Assembly: GCF_036321535.1 (NCBI RefSeq)
Contig: NC_087436.1
Span: forward strand, 99,450,001-99,514,000
Direction of reading: 5' to 3'
Length of the DNA: 64,000 bases
Source: Camelus dromedarius
Taxonomy: Eukaryota
The stretch's first letter is position 1; each line of letters opens with the position of its first letter. Under the pieces are notes generated by a model that was given only the letters and a program-made list of their open reading frames with translations, made no database searches and was not told where the DNA came from. A program made the translations under genes and the position numbers. Shown here piece by piece: positions 1 through 14,620 of this stretch.

Positions 1-204
1 AGTGAGCAGGAGCTGCAAAGAGGTAGGTTTAAGTCAGAGGGACAGGGACTGGAAGTTAGTGGTCCAGTTTCTTTATAATCAGCAGATTCTGCCTAAACCG
101 TTAAGCTTAAAGAAGTTCCAGGAGATTCATTAGTTTGTCAACTAAACGTCTCTCCTTTTTTCATAAGCACAAGAAACAGTGAGAGAAGAGGTGAGGTGGG
201 ATGT

Positions 205-694
205 TGATGGATTCAGGACATGCTGCTCCAAAATACAGCACTTTGGGATATTGAATATCTTAAGCTGTAAACATCTGAGAAAATGGCAGAAGTAGGAAGG
301 TCACTCTAACCTCACTTCCTTGAAACAGGTCATAAAATCCTCATCTGAGGAATACCCTTTCTATACTCAGAGGGAAGGAGCATCCTTTTCTTCAAAGAAA
401 GAGATGCCAAGAAGAATCTAACATTCAGGCCTCCCTCAGTTTCCCCCAGTTTACTACAATTACATTATACTCCTTAGTCATAAGTCATTCCTTCACGACT
501 GTCCATTCTTCCTCAAACCTGGCACAGAATCCTCAGGTCTAGCTATTTCTTTGGGACATCATCTCCCGTGTCACCAAAACCTTATAGCAAATACATTTTA
601 TATCCTTCTCCTATTAATTTATCTTTATTAGTTCACTTTTCAGACTCGGCCAGGGACTCTTAAGAGGATGAGGGGAAAACTCTTCCCCCCTGCA
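205..694 (+). mobile_element. ERV1 solo LTR, MER34-like
   Basis: TG...CA termini with a 4-bp TSD ATGT (201-204 and 695-698); 5' end 'tgatggattcaggacatgctgctccaaaata' resembles the recalled MER34 consensus start. Confidence 0.8.
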
Positions 695-3600
695 ATGTTA
701 TATGCCCCTTTCTCTTCCCACTGCTGCTCAGAAGAAATCTAAAAGTGTGAATTAGAAGGAGATAAATGAGTCAAAAAGATTAGATGTAAGCTTCTTATTA
801 GGACAATCTTTTGTAAGTAAATTGGAGTTACAAAATGGGAGTTGGCTGTACTTCTCTTTTTATAGATCAACTCTAATTGTAATAAAAATAAGTTTGGTGG
901 TTTAAGCATAAGAATAATGAAATAACAAGAACTCAAAAAATCATCTGTTAGATATATGTATTTTTAATATACTTAAAGACTTTTATAATACAATTTTTCA
1001 AGTATCTAATAATAGATTTCACCTACACCATGTTAAATTAGTAATATTTGTTTCAATCAGTACTATAAGAAATCAAAAGATTGAGTATGTTTCCTGAGAA
1101 TTTTCTAATTCTGTTTTGGATATAGGAACACCTGTTATTAAATTTGATAACCAGATGTGCTGTATTTAAGGGGGAAAAAATGGTTTGCCTTAATCTATGA
1201 CTGTCCTCTCAAAAGAAACTCACTTAGAGTCACGTGATTGAAGAGTTTTTAAAAAATTGCAGTTAGGAGTTTTGTCTGCAGAATCTTGCTATGACAACAT
1301 TAATCTGTCCTAATTTTTATTTCATTGTAAAAATAATTGCCTGATGAATAGAGTTTAAGATTTTTTTTTAATATCAATTAGGTGACCAGGCATGAAGAAT
1401 ATAAACAGCCTACATCACACTGGAACTGCATTAATCTTCCTTCCTGGGGATGACTTCTTTAAAAAAAAAGAAGGGTCATTTTCACAGTCTGTCTTCATAC
1501 ACATTCTGTTAGAGATTTTAGCTAAGTAAACTCCATCATTAAAGTGATAGCATGCTAATATGCATAGCAGATTCCTTTAATTGATGATGTATTTTTCAAT
1601 TTTTCCATGTAGGAATTCTCAGACATATCTCTTTTCCTGTCTATGAGAAATTGTTTTAGGTTTTCTTTCCTCTCTATAAGTAGAACTGGTAAAAACTGAG
1701 ACAACCTCATTATCAATAATTCATACTTAATCATGCTGCATTGGCATTTGATGAGAGCATTGTGCTGTATATTCTTTTAGACTTACTGTCCTATAATGCA
1801 ACCATTTGAATATGAGACTTAGGATTATTAGGAAAGAATCAACAGATTATACCCAGATTTACAGTGGTTTATTCCAGTGGTACTATTAGGATTGTAAAGC
1901 TTTCAAAGACAATCACTAAAGTTCTCAATCCAGAGTGAAAAAAATAGCTTGCCTGAAAGGAAAAGCGTTTTCAGGGGAACAAAACCATTTAATGCGTTTT
2001 CTAGGTAATTATTCCTTGTTGAACCACAATTGCAGTGTTGATGATTCTTTTCACTAGCACGCTGTTGATAGAAAGTGCATGGAGGTGCAGAAAAAGGCTT
2101 AATTTTGACTAATTCCTTACTTGCCTCTTTGCAGATGTGCTTCGGCAGACAAATTTTATACCCATATTTTAGGATTATTTAAGGAATTTAATTGTATGGT
2201 ATTGGTCATCTATACATTTCCAAGTTCTCTGTTATAATGTCTCCCATAGCTCACTGATTACTTATTCCTTATACATGTAGTTCTGCAAATACTAGCTTTG
2301 ATGTAGGTTATGCTAGCTAAATCAGTAAATGGGGGATTTTTCAAATGGCAATTGATATCTACAATATAAACTCTTTTTTAAAGATATTGTATACTTTTTT
2401 ACCTTTAAGTGCACCCTATTTTAGTTACTAGTGCTTCTATCAAAATATTTTAATAGTCTCTGAATGGAAATTGTGAAGCCGTTCAGAATGACATCAAATA
2501 GTCACTTTGCTGGCCCCTACTAACTTTCACTGACCTTCCTCAAAGGAAAACATGTGACGTTCCTGACAGGTGAGTTGAATTAGGATGCTGAACATGTGTG
2601 GCTCAGCTGTGCATTTTATCTGCTTTGGAAAGGTGCCCTTCAGGAAGTGCACACTGCGTGTTTTAGTTCTTACCAGGATTCTGCTGTGTCCAGAGACCAG
2701 CCAGTGTCCAGCTGTGTCTGAGACTGGATCAATAATTCTTCCTAATTCTGAGGTAAACATTAGTAATTCTTAACCTACTGGTTACTAGTAATTAAATGAT
2801 ATATTTTTCTCCATCTGTCTTCTAGATTATCTCTTCATTGATTCAGAACTCAGGTGGAAAAAGTGTGACTTCATGTCTTGAGGCTTCATGACTCAGTGAT
2901 GTTTTTGAGGCACCACAAAACACTGTATATGCTGCTTAGGGTTTCGTTGTTGTTTCTGTTTTTTGTTTTTCTGACCCAGCTTACTGACTTGAAATAGAGT
3001 CCTAGGGAGGGGTGGGAGGAATACTATAGAGAAAATGATTCATTAAAATTTCTTTACAATATTGGTGATAAAAAAGTCTGAATGTTTTTTGACCCATATA
3101 GTACAGTATAATGTAAGTGAGATTTGCAACTGTTCTGCCATTTCAGTGGCATTGATTGGTATACAAAACAGTAGAAATAATGTCAAGGAAGGAGAAGATA
3201 TCTGAATAGCAAGACAGAGAAGGCCGCGTAAGGCAATATTCTAGGATGAGACATCCAACAGGACATGTGAGACCTCAGGAAAATATTATCTGTGGGGCCC
3301 TGGTCTATATAAATGATTTGAATAAAATTATATTAAAATTTTATGAATTTATATGAAGTATAGTGGTTTGTCAGTGAAAATTTAGAATAATAGATAGAAA
3401 AGGAGTATTTGTTTTAGGCCAATCAGGGAATGTACTCCAGCACCAGCTCTTCCTGCTCCTGGTTCTTGAACCAACTATTCCTGTTCTTTATTGTCAATTT
3501 CACTATTCTGGCTAATTTTGTATCTCCCACCTCAAAAAAAAAAAAATAGCAAAACTATTATTAATGTCTATGGTTCTTTGGAGCTAGCTTGTATTGAAAC

Positions 3601-4714
3601 AAAATAGCTGTTTTTACCTCTGCAGTTTGTTTCTTGCTGGTTATATTGTTCCTCATAAGATGACGCATCATGCCTGTGACTGTTGGCTTGCAGTAACTCT
3701 CTGAAAGATTGTTCTGTGCTTCATTGGTGAAGACCACAAATGCAGGTCTTACATGGAGTATGAAGGAAAATGTAAACCATAATTTGCTTTATGGTCATGT
3801 TAAATTAACCATTCAGAATTTCTTACCACAAACTTAGAATAACACATCTTTCAATCATGCCATCTCTTGAATGCTTAACCCATCAATACTACATTCTAGA
3901 ATGTGATCTCTTTCAATACTGACCACACTGCTGCCTTCCACACAACACTTTTATTTGTTCAAGTAATATCCTTTTCTCATCTGGCAATTCTTAAGACCAA
4001 CCTATTAGAGTAAGAAATCTCCACATGAATTAGAATCAAGGGAGGGTATCAATTGTAAGTGTCCATTGGCATTAAAGAGAAAGGTTCTTAAAAGCTATAA
4101 AAGCCTTAAAAAGGAGTCTTTATAGGCATGCCTCCCTCTTTTAAGAGGACTACCTGACATATAACATAGAGCCCCCAAAGGTAGTATGGTGCCTGTCCTA
4201 GGTGCCAGTGGTGGGGATCCACAGGATTAAAGATGCTATCAGGGCCCTTTGTATTATAAACACTATAAACTGAAGATAGCACCAAGATCAGAACATAGAC
4301 AAGGAGCAAAGGCCTTGAGTCCATCCAAGGTGACTGAGGAACTGTAGCTCAGAGGCCTCGTCTTGTCTTGTGTCTAAAATGAGTTAAAGTAACCCCAAAT
4401 CAGAGATCACTACCATTCTGATAAAACAAAATCAAACATCTTATGAAAGAAATAACATACTAGATGAGAGATATCTGCTTTCTAGGCCAAGCTACAGGGA
4501 CCAGGACTCCACTGGTATGAAGGGGACAATGGGAGAAGGAGGTTTGAAGTTACCCTAAAGGAAAGAAAGAAGACTTGCATCCATTCATAGATGACACTGC
4601 TGTCTCTGGCATATTCCAGATCCCAGAGAGGAATATCCTCCAAAGAAAGTACTCCAAAGTTGAAAAGAGGAAGAGAGAGATTCCATGCCTAACTGTCTAA
4701 GTTGATTGTGGTGA

Positions 4715-4900
4715 ATTCTAACTTAGGTTTTAACCCTATGTCTGTGGATTATGAAATGTTAACTTAACCAGTTTGTTAATGTTTCAAAGCCCAATCTTAT
4801 CCATGCTTACAACAGAACTAATAGCCACCTGGCAGATTTGCTACAAGGAAGAAATGAGAATATGTATTAAGTACGAATGTAATATAGTAGATCCTCTTTA
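4715..4900 (+). mobile_element. MIR SINE fragment (highly diverged)
   Basis: MIR-core-like 'taatagccacctggcagatttgctacaaggaagaaatgagaatatgtattaagtac'. Confidence 0.45.
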
Positions 4901-5520
4901 ATAACAGTATGGAATTTAGCCCACCTCAGTCAAAGAATAATGCTGAAACAAACTCATGTTACCTTGGTGGACTCCAAAGTGAGGTGTAGGGCACACCTAA
5001 GCCAGAGGAAGGAATGAAGGATTGCATGTCGTAGAATGGACTGCCTCATTCAGGGCTACACGTGAAATCGGATAGCTAGAATTTACATATATGTTGGATT
5101 CCAAGAGATGTTATGGTCTGGGAAAAAGTGCATAAATTATAAAACTGCAGTTGTTCTAATAATGTATTTTGTTGTATCTCTTCCCTTTTGTCCAAGGAGT
5201 TATTTTTCCCCATTTTGGAGAATTATATGATTGCTCAGCTGCATGTTCACAAACTGAGGATTCACATTTTGGCCTCAGGATAGCACACTAGTTGCTTACA
5301 GGAGATTGAACTGTGTAGTTTTTAAAAGAAATACCATGGCAAGGTCACTAAAATTTAAAAGTAAAAGGATAGGAAAACTACATTAGAATACAGTAGTAGG
5401 TGAGCAGTCACATCCTTTAAGCACCTATATTGTGCTCCCTGAGAGGCTAATTGTTATGAGTTTTACAGGGAAAGGATACAGTCATTATACATGAGACTTT
5501 ATCTGCTATTCATTGTTCTT

Positions 5521-5597
5521 GTGTGTGTGTGCATGTGTAATATACATATGTGTACATATATATGTATATGTGTATGTGTATATATATATATACATAT
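5521..5597. repeat. (TG)/(TA) compound microsatellite
   Basis: Alternating GT/TA runs seen directly. Confidence 0.9.
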
Positions 5598-8232
5598 AAC
5601 TCACACATAACCACATGGAAATAGTATTGTAGACAGTGTTGTTGTTGAATAACAACAAAAGTGACATTTTCTTAGCCTTATGTTTCACTGCCTCAGGAGT
5701 CAGACAGCCTACAATATATGAATATGTCAGAATATGTTGGTGGAATGTGTCTCTATTGTGTCTGTAAAGTATAGTATAGGGAGAAAATGCTAGCAAACAC
5801 TTAGGGCTCATCAGTTCATGCAGCTAAGTGACTGTTTTATTCATTAGCTACTCCATCTTGTTTTGTTTTGGGGACTTTTTTCATTTAGGACTGGCCTAAA
5901 AATACACCAAAACTTACTAGTTCATCTTCCTGTGTTGGATATCTTATTCCAGGATGTTTCTGCAGACTGAATTGCTATGTCTGCTTAAGGGTGTATAATA
6001 TTACGTTATGTATTTGCCTTTTATAAAGTATAATTTAATATGTCTGAAAGTTTGAAAAGATGTCTGGTTTTCTAGTGTAAATGAGTGCAGGGATAAAAAG
6101 TAAAATATACATACTTTTTTGGCCACCTTCTGTAATGGCCTGCACCCTCTGGTAATGCATCATTTGCTCACTTTTTTGGTATTACAGCCAATGGCTACAG
6201 AAGCTACGTTATTTCTATATTTCAGTTATGTGTATCATTAAGTCTAAATGATGTACATCCCTATATGTCCCTGAATTTCTAAAATTGCTCATAATTTAGC
6301 CTATAGTCCTGACCTTTTAAGGTCCAGTCTGCCTGGTTCTGCTCCTTTTATTAGTTAAAGGTCTGTAATAATATCCAAATGAAGAATACTTGACTTTCAT
6401 TCTTTCAACCTATCATTTATTCACTCATTTACTTGATTGGTAAGTTTTAAGTGTCTACTGTATACTGCTGTGATAAGAAGCTTACAGTTCAGAGCAGCCA
6501 ATTCCCATCAAAGGTACTGGCGGACAGTTAGGTTCAGGGATCAGTGGGAAAGAAAGTACAGGAGTAGCTTGTATTGGGCAAATGTTAAAAATGGGAGTAT
6601 AAACTGGAGAATGCCACTTCTCTGATAAGTGAATGAAATGAGATAATTGAAAATATCTTTTCAAATTCATATAAGCACTGTGATTTTTCAAAACACTATG
6701 AGCAGTTTTCTATGTAAGGCAGTTGAAATTGGTAAAGATTGTATATTTTTTCCCCTAATTTTTTGGTTATATTGCTGACTTTAAAACACTCACACTATAT
6801 CATCCATCCACTGGATACTATCTTGACCACTCCATTCTTAACTTTCAGATTCAGTCTCAGAGTAAGTTTCATTGTCTAAGTCTCCTTCTCTGTTCCCATT
6901 ATTTAACATCTACTACTAGCATTATTAAACACCTTCTAATTTTTCATGTCAATATATTTTCACAGAGGCAGTGATTTTTATATAAGCTCTTAAAGGAACT
7001 CTGGATTTGCAATCATGAAGTTGGAGATGGACGCTTTAGATAGTCACAGAAACAGCCCAGCATGAAGCATTTACTGATTCATCTTAGCTAGAGTGCAAAG
7101 GTCTTATTATGAAAGAATGGAGAATACTGAGGATAAGTGAGCTGATGATATGCTATAAAAATTGTGTTTGATCCCTTTAAAAGCATCATTCATGCTGGAT
7201 ACATGAAAAAAGGGACAGTCAATTGGTATAGCAGTTCTAGTTCTATGTGTCGTCTCTCATATTCAAAATCTATTATTTCCAAAATCTTAATTCCAAAATA
7301 TAACAAAATAAAAGTTACTTTTTAAGCATCTTTCTCTTTTTGCCTTTGTCATTTATTGGTCTCTAAAACATTATGTGCAGATTTTGTTTTTTCCCTTCAG
7401 TCAATAATTGCTTTGAATAAGCAACATGATATGCAATGCCTTTATCTAGTAAAGATAATGAGCAAAAGTAAAATGCAAACAACAACAGCTGATGCAACGG
7501 TGAATCATCCAAATGCTTAATTTTCTTGACTTAAAACCTGCTGCTGCTATAGAAGCAACTATTAGCACACTGACAGATGGTGCCAGAGCCCATTGTCTCT
7601 TTCAGTCTCTCCCTCTTTGGTCTCTTTCCCCTCCCTATTTATGACAAAATCATTGCACTTGGAAGTGTTAATTTTCTTTGCACATTATGTTAATAATGTC
7701 AAAACTCATCACAATCCAATATTTTATTGGCTTATAAATAACCAAAAAAAATAGACATTGTCTTTGAGCATCGGCTGTTTCTCTTTTGTCACAATATGCA
7801 ATGAATTCTCTTTCCTCGCCAATAACTGGGTTTTTGCATTCTTTACAGTAATTCAGAATAAGCGTATATTTGTGTTTCCCTCACAAATGCTATATATGTT
7901 TTTTTTTTTCTCTGTAGGATTTTAGTTGTTGGAAATGGAAAATGGGTGCTTTCTACCCAATAAAAGATAAGATTCCTTTCCCAGACAGGTTTCCCTCCTC
8001 TACCCAAATAACAGCAACCCTAAAACTTATATTTAAGAGACTGACAAATTTCATACATATTGTCTTACCCATTTAATGTTTTCTTGCCTCTCCAGATGTT
8101 ATAGTCCTCTATAATTATTTCTTTCATCTGAGTAATGATTATTAAAACATTGTCAAAATTTATTTTCCAAAACCCTAAGTGTATTACTCATCAGTACAAA
8201 AGTAGGTGCAGGAGAATTCTGTTATCTATGTG

Positions 8233-8722
8233 GTCATTAGTTTCCTGTTTCTGCTGTAACAAACAGCACATATTTAGTGGTTTAACACAATTTTATTATC
8301 TGAAAGAGTTTGATGTAAGATATCCAAGATAAGTCTCAGTGGGCTAAACTAGTGGTGTTGGCATGGTTGCATTCCTTCTGGAGACTCTAGGAGAAAACTC
8401 ACTTCCTTACGTTTCCAGTTTATTGAATCAGCCTGATGTTCCTTGGCTCATGACTCTGTTCCCTCTTCAAAATCCTGCAATATCCAGTTGAGTCTTTCTC
8501 ATGTCGCAGTCCTCTGGTAAGTACTTTTCTGTGTCTCTCTTCCAAATATATAGGACCCTTGTAATTACGTTTAAACCATCCAGATAATTAAGCATAATCT
8601 CACCATTCCAAGGTCTGCTGACTAACGATTTTCATTCCATCTGTAACTTTATCCCTGCTTGCTGTGGGTTCTGGGAATTAGGATATGGAAATCTTTAGGG
8701 GGCCATTATTTTGCTTACTTCT
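8233..8722 (-). mobile_element. MaLR solo LTR, MLT1C/D-like
   Basis: 'attagtttcctgtttctgctgtaacaaa' to 'ttaggatatggaaatctttagggggccattattttgct' matches the reverse complement of MLT1 termini. Confidence 0.75.
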
Positions 8723-9594
8723 ATGGGTAAGGGAAGAAAACTTACATCCATACATACAAACACATACATCCAATATTTGTGCAAATATACAAAGATACTG
8801 TGTTAAAGCATCTGCAATAGGATTTCTAGAAGGTAGAGACTGAATGAACCAGAAATCATAAACTCATTTATATATATCAAGCTTTGTTGTTCATTACAGT
8901 TTTAACTTTCTTAACATGCTTTTTATTCTCTGATCTTCACAGTAATGATATGTGAGTTGGTAAGGCAGATATTATTATATTCTATGATAAAGAATCATTT
9001 ATAAACTGTTAAATATTTCAGAAATAGTTTTTTGACTACCAAATTAGGGTCCTCCAATTCTTAGTCACTAAAGGCAAATTTCTCCCTTAAGGACCTCCAC
9101 TGATTTCTCTTGCCTTGTTATTTAAGTTTATTCCTCATCATTGTGTTCATTAAACATTAGCCAGATACGGACAATTTGTCTGGAAGGGCACTTAAGAAGG
9201 TGTGGCTGTCAGAAAGTAAAATTTTCCTCAGACACAGGCATTTCCCCTTGTCAAGGGAATAGCCAAACACGGTAATATTTATACAATTTGTGTGTATTTA
9301 GGAATGTACCTTTAGTTTAATAAAGCTTTCCTGAAACATTCCAGGAGATAGATTAATCTAACTTTTTATCTTGTATTTTTTCCTTGAAAGCCCATTATAC
9401 ATGATTCCCTTGTGAGACTGGGCCAGATTCACACTCCCTGACTCAGTGCCCGCCCCCCATTGTTCTCCTTTCCTTACTTTCTCACTTGGCTCCTCTCCTG
9501 CTCTTTCACAGAATACCTTTCTTAAGGCCTGCTCTGGGAAACTCAGTTACAGTAACAACCCACTTCATTTTCCAGCATGTATTCATACTGTCCA

Positions 9595-9596
<2 letters not shown>

Positions 9597-9628
<32 letters not shown>
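9597..9628. repeat. (AT)n microsatellite
   Basis: Perfect dinucleotide run. Confidence 0.95.
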
Positions 9629-9634
<6 letters not shown>

Positions 9635-9919
9635 TGTACATGGCTCTTTATGACTAGACATTTTATGGTCAATTAATACTGTAACTTGATGTAGTCCTCT
9701 CTACATGCCAAACATTCTACGTCTTTGTTTTATTCCCTCTGCCAGTGATGCTATGTTTATTTATTTGGCCTAACGTGATTACACCTTTCAAGGGTGAACT
9801 CTTTGTACTTTGTAAAACATCCTTGCCAATTCCTAAGCTTCAGCCTGGAAACTCCCTTCCTTGGGTGCCCTCAGGGTAACTCTCTGCAAACCGCAGATTA
9901 TAGTGCAATACCTCCTAGA

Positions 9920-10160
9920 AGCAGCACAGCATAGTGATTGAGAGAACTGGATCTCAAGTCAGTTTTACATTCCAGCTCAGCCACTTCCTAGCAATGTAAA
10001 TTGGATAAGATGGTCAATTGTTTTGTGTCATAATGTTCCCATTTTTTAGGTGGAGATAATAATGATTTCTACCCAGTTGAGTTATCGTATGGATTAAATT
10101 AATTAATCTATGTATCATGCTTAAAACAGTAATAAACACATGCTAGAGTATAGTGAGTAC
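9920..10160 (+). mobile_element. MIR SINE
   Basis: 'gcagcacagcatagtgattgagag...tccagctcagccacttcctagc...ggagataataatg...ggattaaatt'. Confidence 0.7.
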
Positions 10161-10169
10161 AGTAGAGAG

Positions 10170-11090
10170 AGAGAAAGAAATGCAAAATGTGAAAAGTGAC
10201 TAAGGAGAGGGAGGGAGTGGTCGTCTTTACTGAAAGATGACTGAGTGAAAACGTATGGCAATGAGGAGTAAGCCATGCTCTTACCTGGGAAAGAACATTT
10301 TAGGCAGAACATTCATCATGTAACAATGTTCCTGACATGCTCCGAAAGTACCAAGAGGCCAGTATGGCGGGAATGAGTGAGGGAAGTGGTAGCAGGTGAG
10401 GTTAGAAGGGTAATGTTGCCAAGATCATATTAGACTTTGCAGTCCATTGTGGAGAATTTCGCTTCTACTCGTGGAGAAATGGGAAGCCAGTGGAAGGATT
10501 TGGTAGAGCAGTGGACCATGTCTGACTTAGAAATGAATAAGAAGACTGTAGCTTTTGTGTTAAGAGTAGAATGTGGGTAGGGTGCAGGTGTGGAAGCAGG
10601 GCAGCTGATTCAAAAAAATATTGCAGTCATCCAGACCATAAAGGAGGACAGCTGGGATCAGGACCCAAATCTGAGTTGAATGAGATGAGAAGCTTTCAGA
10701 TTCTAGATTTATTTTAAAAGTTGAATGAACAGAATTTCCTGACTGATTAAAAGTGGATTGTGAGAGAATTCGTGGATGAGTTCTAGATTTTTTTCTGTTT
10801 GTTTGTTTTTAAATGAGAAATTGGGGAAAAGAGAGTTTCTATTGTATGAATTGAGAAGACTGTGAGTGGACGAAATTTGGGGAACACAGAGTGAGGTCAG
10901 GAATGCAGATTTGGCTACATTAGGTTTGAGAATGGAGGCATATGTCTGGAGTACAGAGCAGATAAAAGGTTTATGCTAGAGAAAAAATAGGAAGTTTGAA
11001 GTCAAGACTCATTCAAGGGCTTCAACCCCTACAGCAAAGGGCTGACAAGAAGGGAAGGAATCAGCAAAAGACCAGCTAGTATGGCCTATA
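10170..11090 (-). mobile_element. L2 LINE fragment
   Basis: Purine-rich antisense L2 signature 'gaggccagtatggcgggaatgagtga...gaaatgggaagccagtggaaggattt'. Confidence 0.65.
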
Positions 11091-11789
11091 AAGAAGTCTA
11101 ATAGTAAGTATTCAGAGTTTCTTCTTGTTCTCTGTCAGGAGGCAGCATGACCTTCCTCCAAACTTTTAACATTTTCCCCCTCATATCTTACTGATGAAAG
11201 CAGAATAAAATCCATGTTCTATTTCTCTCTCTCTTTTTACACCTAGTGCTTGATACAGTGCTTAATGCATACTAGATGTGTAAATATATAAAAAAGTGTC
11301 ACATGGCAGTGTCTCAAATGTGCTAGCATAGACCTCTGGTGTTGAATTTTGATCTGAGAGTCATGCATTACTCTTTGAAATAAATAAGAAATACCTTCAT
11401 TGGTTCTCACATTCATCTTTTCCTTTTAGCTAAATCTAGGATAATAATAACTAGGATATCTGCCATTTGCTTCCAGCACCCACATTATCTACTAGCAAAA
11501 AGAGACCAATCCAGAACACACCGGCTAAAGAGAAAAAGAACTTCCTTCCCCTACCCTAGTCCAGACATGTTTATCCTTCTGCAAAGGTTCTATATTGACA
11601 AAATATTCCCTAATGAATTTCTCCAGTTGAGGATGTAACAGTGGTGGTGATGGGGAAAGTGCTAGAAAAGGTTTATTGATATCCCTCTTGACAAAAGTAT
11701 TTTGAAATGCCCACTTCTAGGATCATAGCAGGGAGTGCCGAGTTTCTTATAGCATTATGAGAAGCAGTTTATTATGAAAAGTTTCACAG

Positions 11790-12150
11790 GAAAATAAACA
11801 GTGCTGGAATTGGAGTTGGAAAACTTGGATTGAAATCCCCCTTGTATCAAACACTATTTAGGTGGCCTTCAGTGAGTTAAGAAGATTCTCTGCTCTTCAA
11901 CAAAATAGCGCAGGGGCTAATGCTATGAGGTCTGACTTGAGAACCAGGTTTAATGGATGCAGTTTCCTCCTCTACCAGTCCAACTATGTACACGTTATTT
12001 AACTTCTCTTTCCTTTTTTTAACCAATCAAATGAGGATAATAGTAGCACCTACTCTAAAGAGTTCTTGAGAGTATTAAATAAGTTAATACATGTAAGTAC
12101 TTAGAACAGTATCAGCCACTAATAAAGTATTCACTAAAAATTAACTGTTA
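11790..12150 (+). mobile_element. Two adjacent MIR fragments
   Basis: 'caaatgaggataatagtagcacctactc...attaaataagttaatacatgtaagtacttagaacagt'. Confidence 0.65.
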
Positions 12151-14374
12151 ATGATAAGTATTTGAATGAACATTTGAGATTAATCGCTATAAACATAAAA
12201 TTCAAGTAATAAAAATGAAGACCACTTGAAATAAACAGAAGTCCTGAATTAGAAAAAAAAAAAGCAATTTGGGAAGACATAGTAAAGAGTTGCTGGGGAC
12301 TACACTTCTTACATTTGAACTTTCTAGATTTAAACTACTTTTTCTTTAGTTGTGCAAAATGTACTATGCATCTATAGCTACAGAGATATATATGCAAATA
12401 GAAAAACAATTTAGGAGAAAGGAACACTTAACGTGAAACTACTGGAGCAGAAATACATTTAGTGCATCAAATAACTGAAAGGAAGTGTTGTTTTACTAGA
12501 GTGCCTCTAAAAGCCATTAAACTATTTAAAGGCAGTTCATTTCTTTAAGTGTACAGAGACTGATGCACTACGGAAAGTTCAGGCAAAGCCTCTTCAACCA
12601 CTTTCTTAATGCCACTTTTATTCCTAAATAGATTATTTTTGGATAATACCAAAGGCTTAAAAGCCATCTATTAAAACCTCTTAGCTGATAGGATTAAGGA
12701 TTTTCCTTAAAACAAGAAGATTATTCCAAAAAATTGGAAATACATTTCAAAAGAAAAAGTTACTGCTGTCATAATTTTTGTGGAGATTGCACTTGGGCAT
12801 AACATGTTTTATTGGATTTTTCCTGAGTTTGAGTCCTCCTTTTATATCCAGAGGAATATTAAAAATACGTTTTTTATAGTTAGAAAGAATAATAAGAAAT
12901 GGCCTACGATCAATTTTGAAAGGGAACATTGAAAAAAAAGAACATTTGAAAAAAGCACATTGAAACCCAAGTGTTGGACGACCAGTGAAAAAAAAAGAAG
13001 GTAAGACTGGATCTAAGAGGAAAATCTGCCATTATGAAAGGCCTCAAAAGTATGTGAACATTAGACCAGGTCATAAAGAGGAACTGTTGCCCATTGTGAG
13101 CTTGTGGCACTGTCCAAGAGCTGAAGGATAACAAGGAGGATATTGTTGAAGCAATAAATATTGTGAGGTGAGAGAGCCATGGTGTAATAGGTCCATCTAA
13201 GGTAAATCAGAATCAGTAATAGTATGATGACTTGGGAGTCAGAAATCAAAAGGTCAACTTCTAGGAGAAGTTATTTTGTGGGTATCCTAGCCAAATGCCC
13301 TGGGGTTGAAGGCAAGATTCAGACCTAATGTGGAAAAACTCATAAAGAGAAAGCAGTCCAGACACAAGCCCCATTTGAGAGACTGGGTGAAAATAGCAGG
13401 GGCTAAATCTCTGTCAAGGGAGTGAAATTTCGCAAAGGAAAAGTGGCAAGAGTGAAAACTACAACTCTTTTAGCTTGTTGGTATCTGTGGCCACAACAAT
13501 ACAGCAAGGCGGTAATAGAGCTCAAAATAATGCTGCCAGGTTTGTTAGGGTTGGCTCGGTACCTAGATTGGACTGTAAGGATGTATTAGCAATTGAAGCA
13601 AGAGAGAGGAAGACCCACCACCATCTGAGGTGATATCCTTGAGTCAGTGCTGTCTTTGTATTATCTGTCCCTTCCTGTGCAACATATTGTAACTTTACCC
13701 CCCACCTTTGCAACATATAACAGTCAGACCACAAAAGACAACTAGATACTACAGTTAAAATAACTAGAGCATTCTGAGCAGCCCAGTTAGCAAAGGCTTT
13801 CTCCTCTTTCTGCTGTGATGGGATGCGTAATGATCATTTTGAATTGGGTCAGATACTGTTAATATGAAGAGATAGGAAACTTTGAGCCTTTCCAACTCTG
13901 AAATTGTATGATTCCCCAATACTCTGAATGCATGACCCTGTCTCCTTCCACTTGCCCTGGTCAGAATATGCTCTCGCTGTGCCAGACTGAAATCTGCGAT
14001 CGTAATCATATGGGTAGTCACAGCCAAGGCATCCCCAGAGAATCTGCCATCACAGGAACAGCTGCCCTCCTGACTATATACAGAGGCTGGGCAAAGCTTA
14101 AACAGTTCTGCCTGGATTATTTTGTGTCTGTCTGTCTGTCTGTCTGTCTGTCAACTCAGGTGCATCATATGCCAAAGTGTGTGAGGCAAATCCTGACAGA
14201 CAAAAGTAGGTGGGAAATTATTTTTTCAACCTAATGGAATAATCCTGGCTCTGCTTGTCCTCTTTATTGTAACTAGGGGAATAGAAGGATAGCTAAACTA
14301 AACAGTGCTTGTTTAAATAGTCACTAGGGTGAGGCATTCCAAGTCCCCAATGAAATGGGGAGGAAGTATATTTC

Positions 14375-14620
14375 ACTAGATTAGAGTCTGGATTCAGGCT
14401 ACGTGAATGTGAATACCAGCTCCAGCTCATCTAGTTATACAACGTTGGGCAATTTAGACTCTCTAAAACTCAGTTTTCTCATCTAAAAATGGGGAGTAAT
14501 TATAACAGCTGCCTCATGGAGTTATGATGAGCCGCCAAAGGCTGAATACTCGATAAGCATGCTTAACACAATGTCTGATGCAGAAAGCATTCTCAACTAA
14601 TGCTGCCTTTTATTATTGCG
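14375..14620 (+). mobile_element. MIR SINE
   Basis: MIR core 'ctcagttttctcatctaaaaatggggagtaat...gcctcatggagttatgatgag'. Confidence 0.7.

Noticed and set aside
2555..2576. Recursive splice site (ttcctgacag|gtgagt)
   Set aside because: The donor is strong, but the upstream pyrimidine tract is weak and the host transcript strand is unknown.
3255..4250. Possible hAT-Tip100-like DNA transposon remnant
   Set aside because: Only vague end similarity; I could not verify terminal inverted repeats or an 8-bp TSD by eye.
13764..14234. Overlapping 87- and 108-aa ORFs
   Set aside because: No recognisable domain; one runs through a (TCTG)n repeat; the lengths are compatible with chance.
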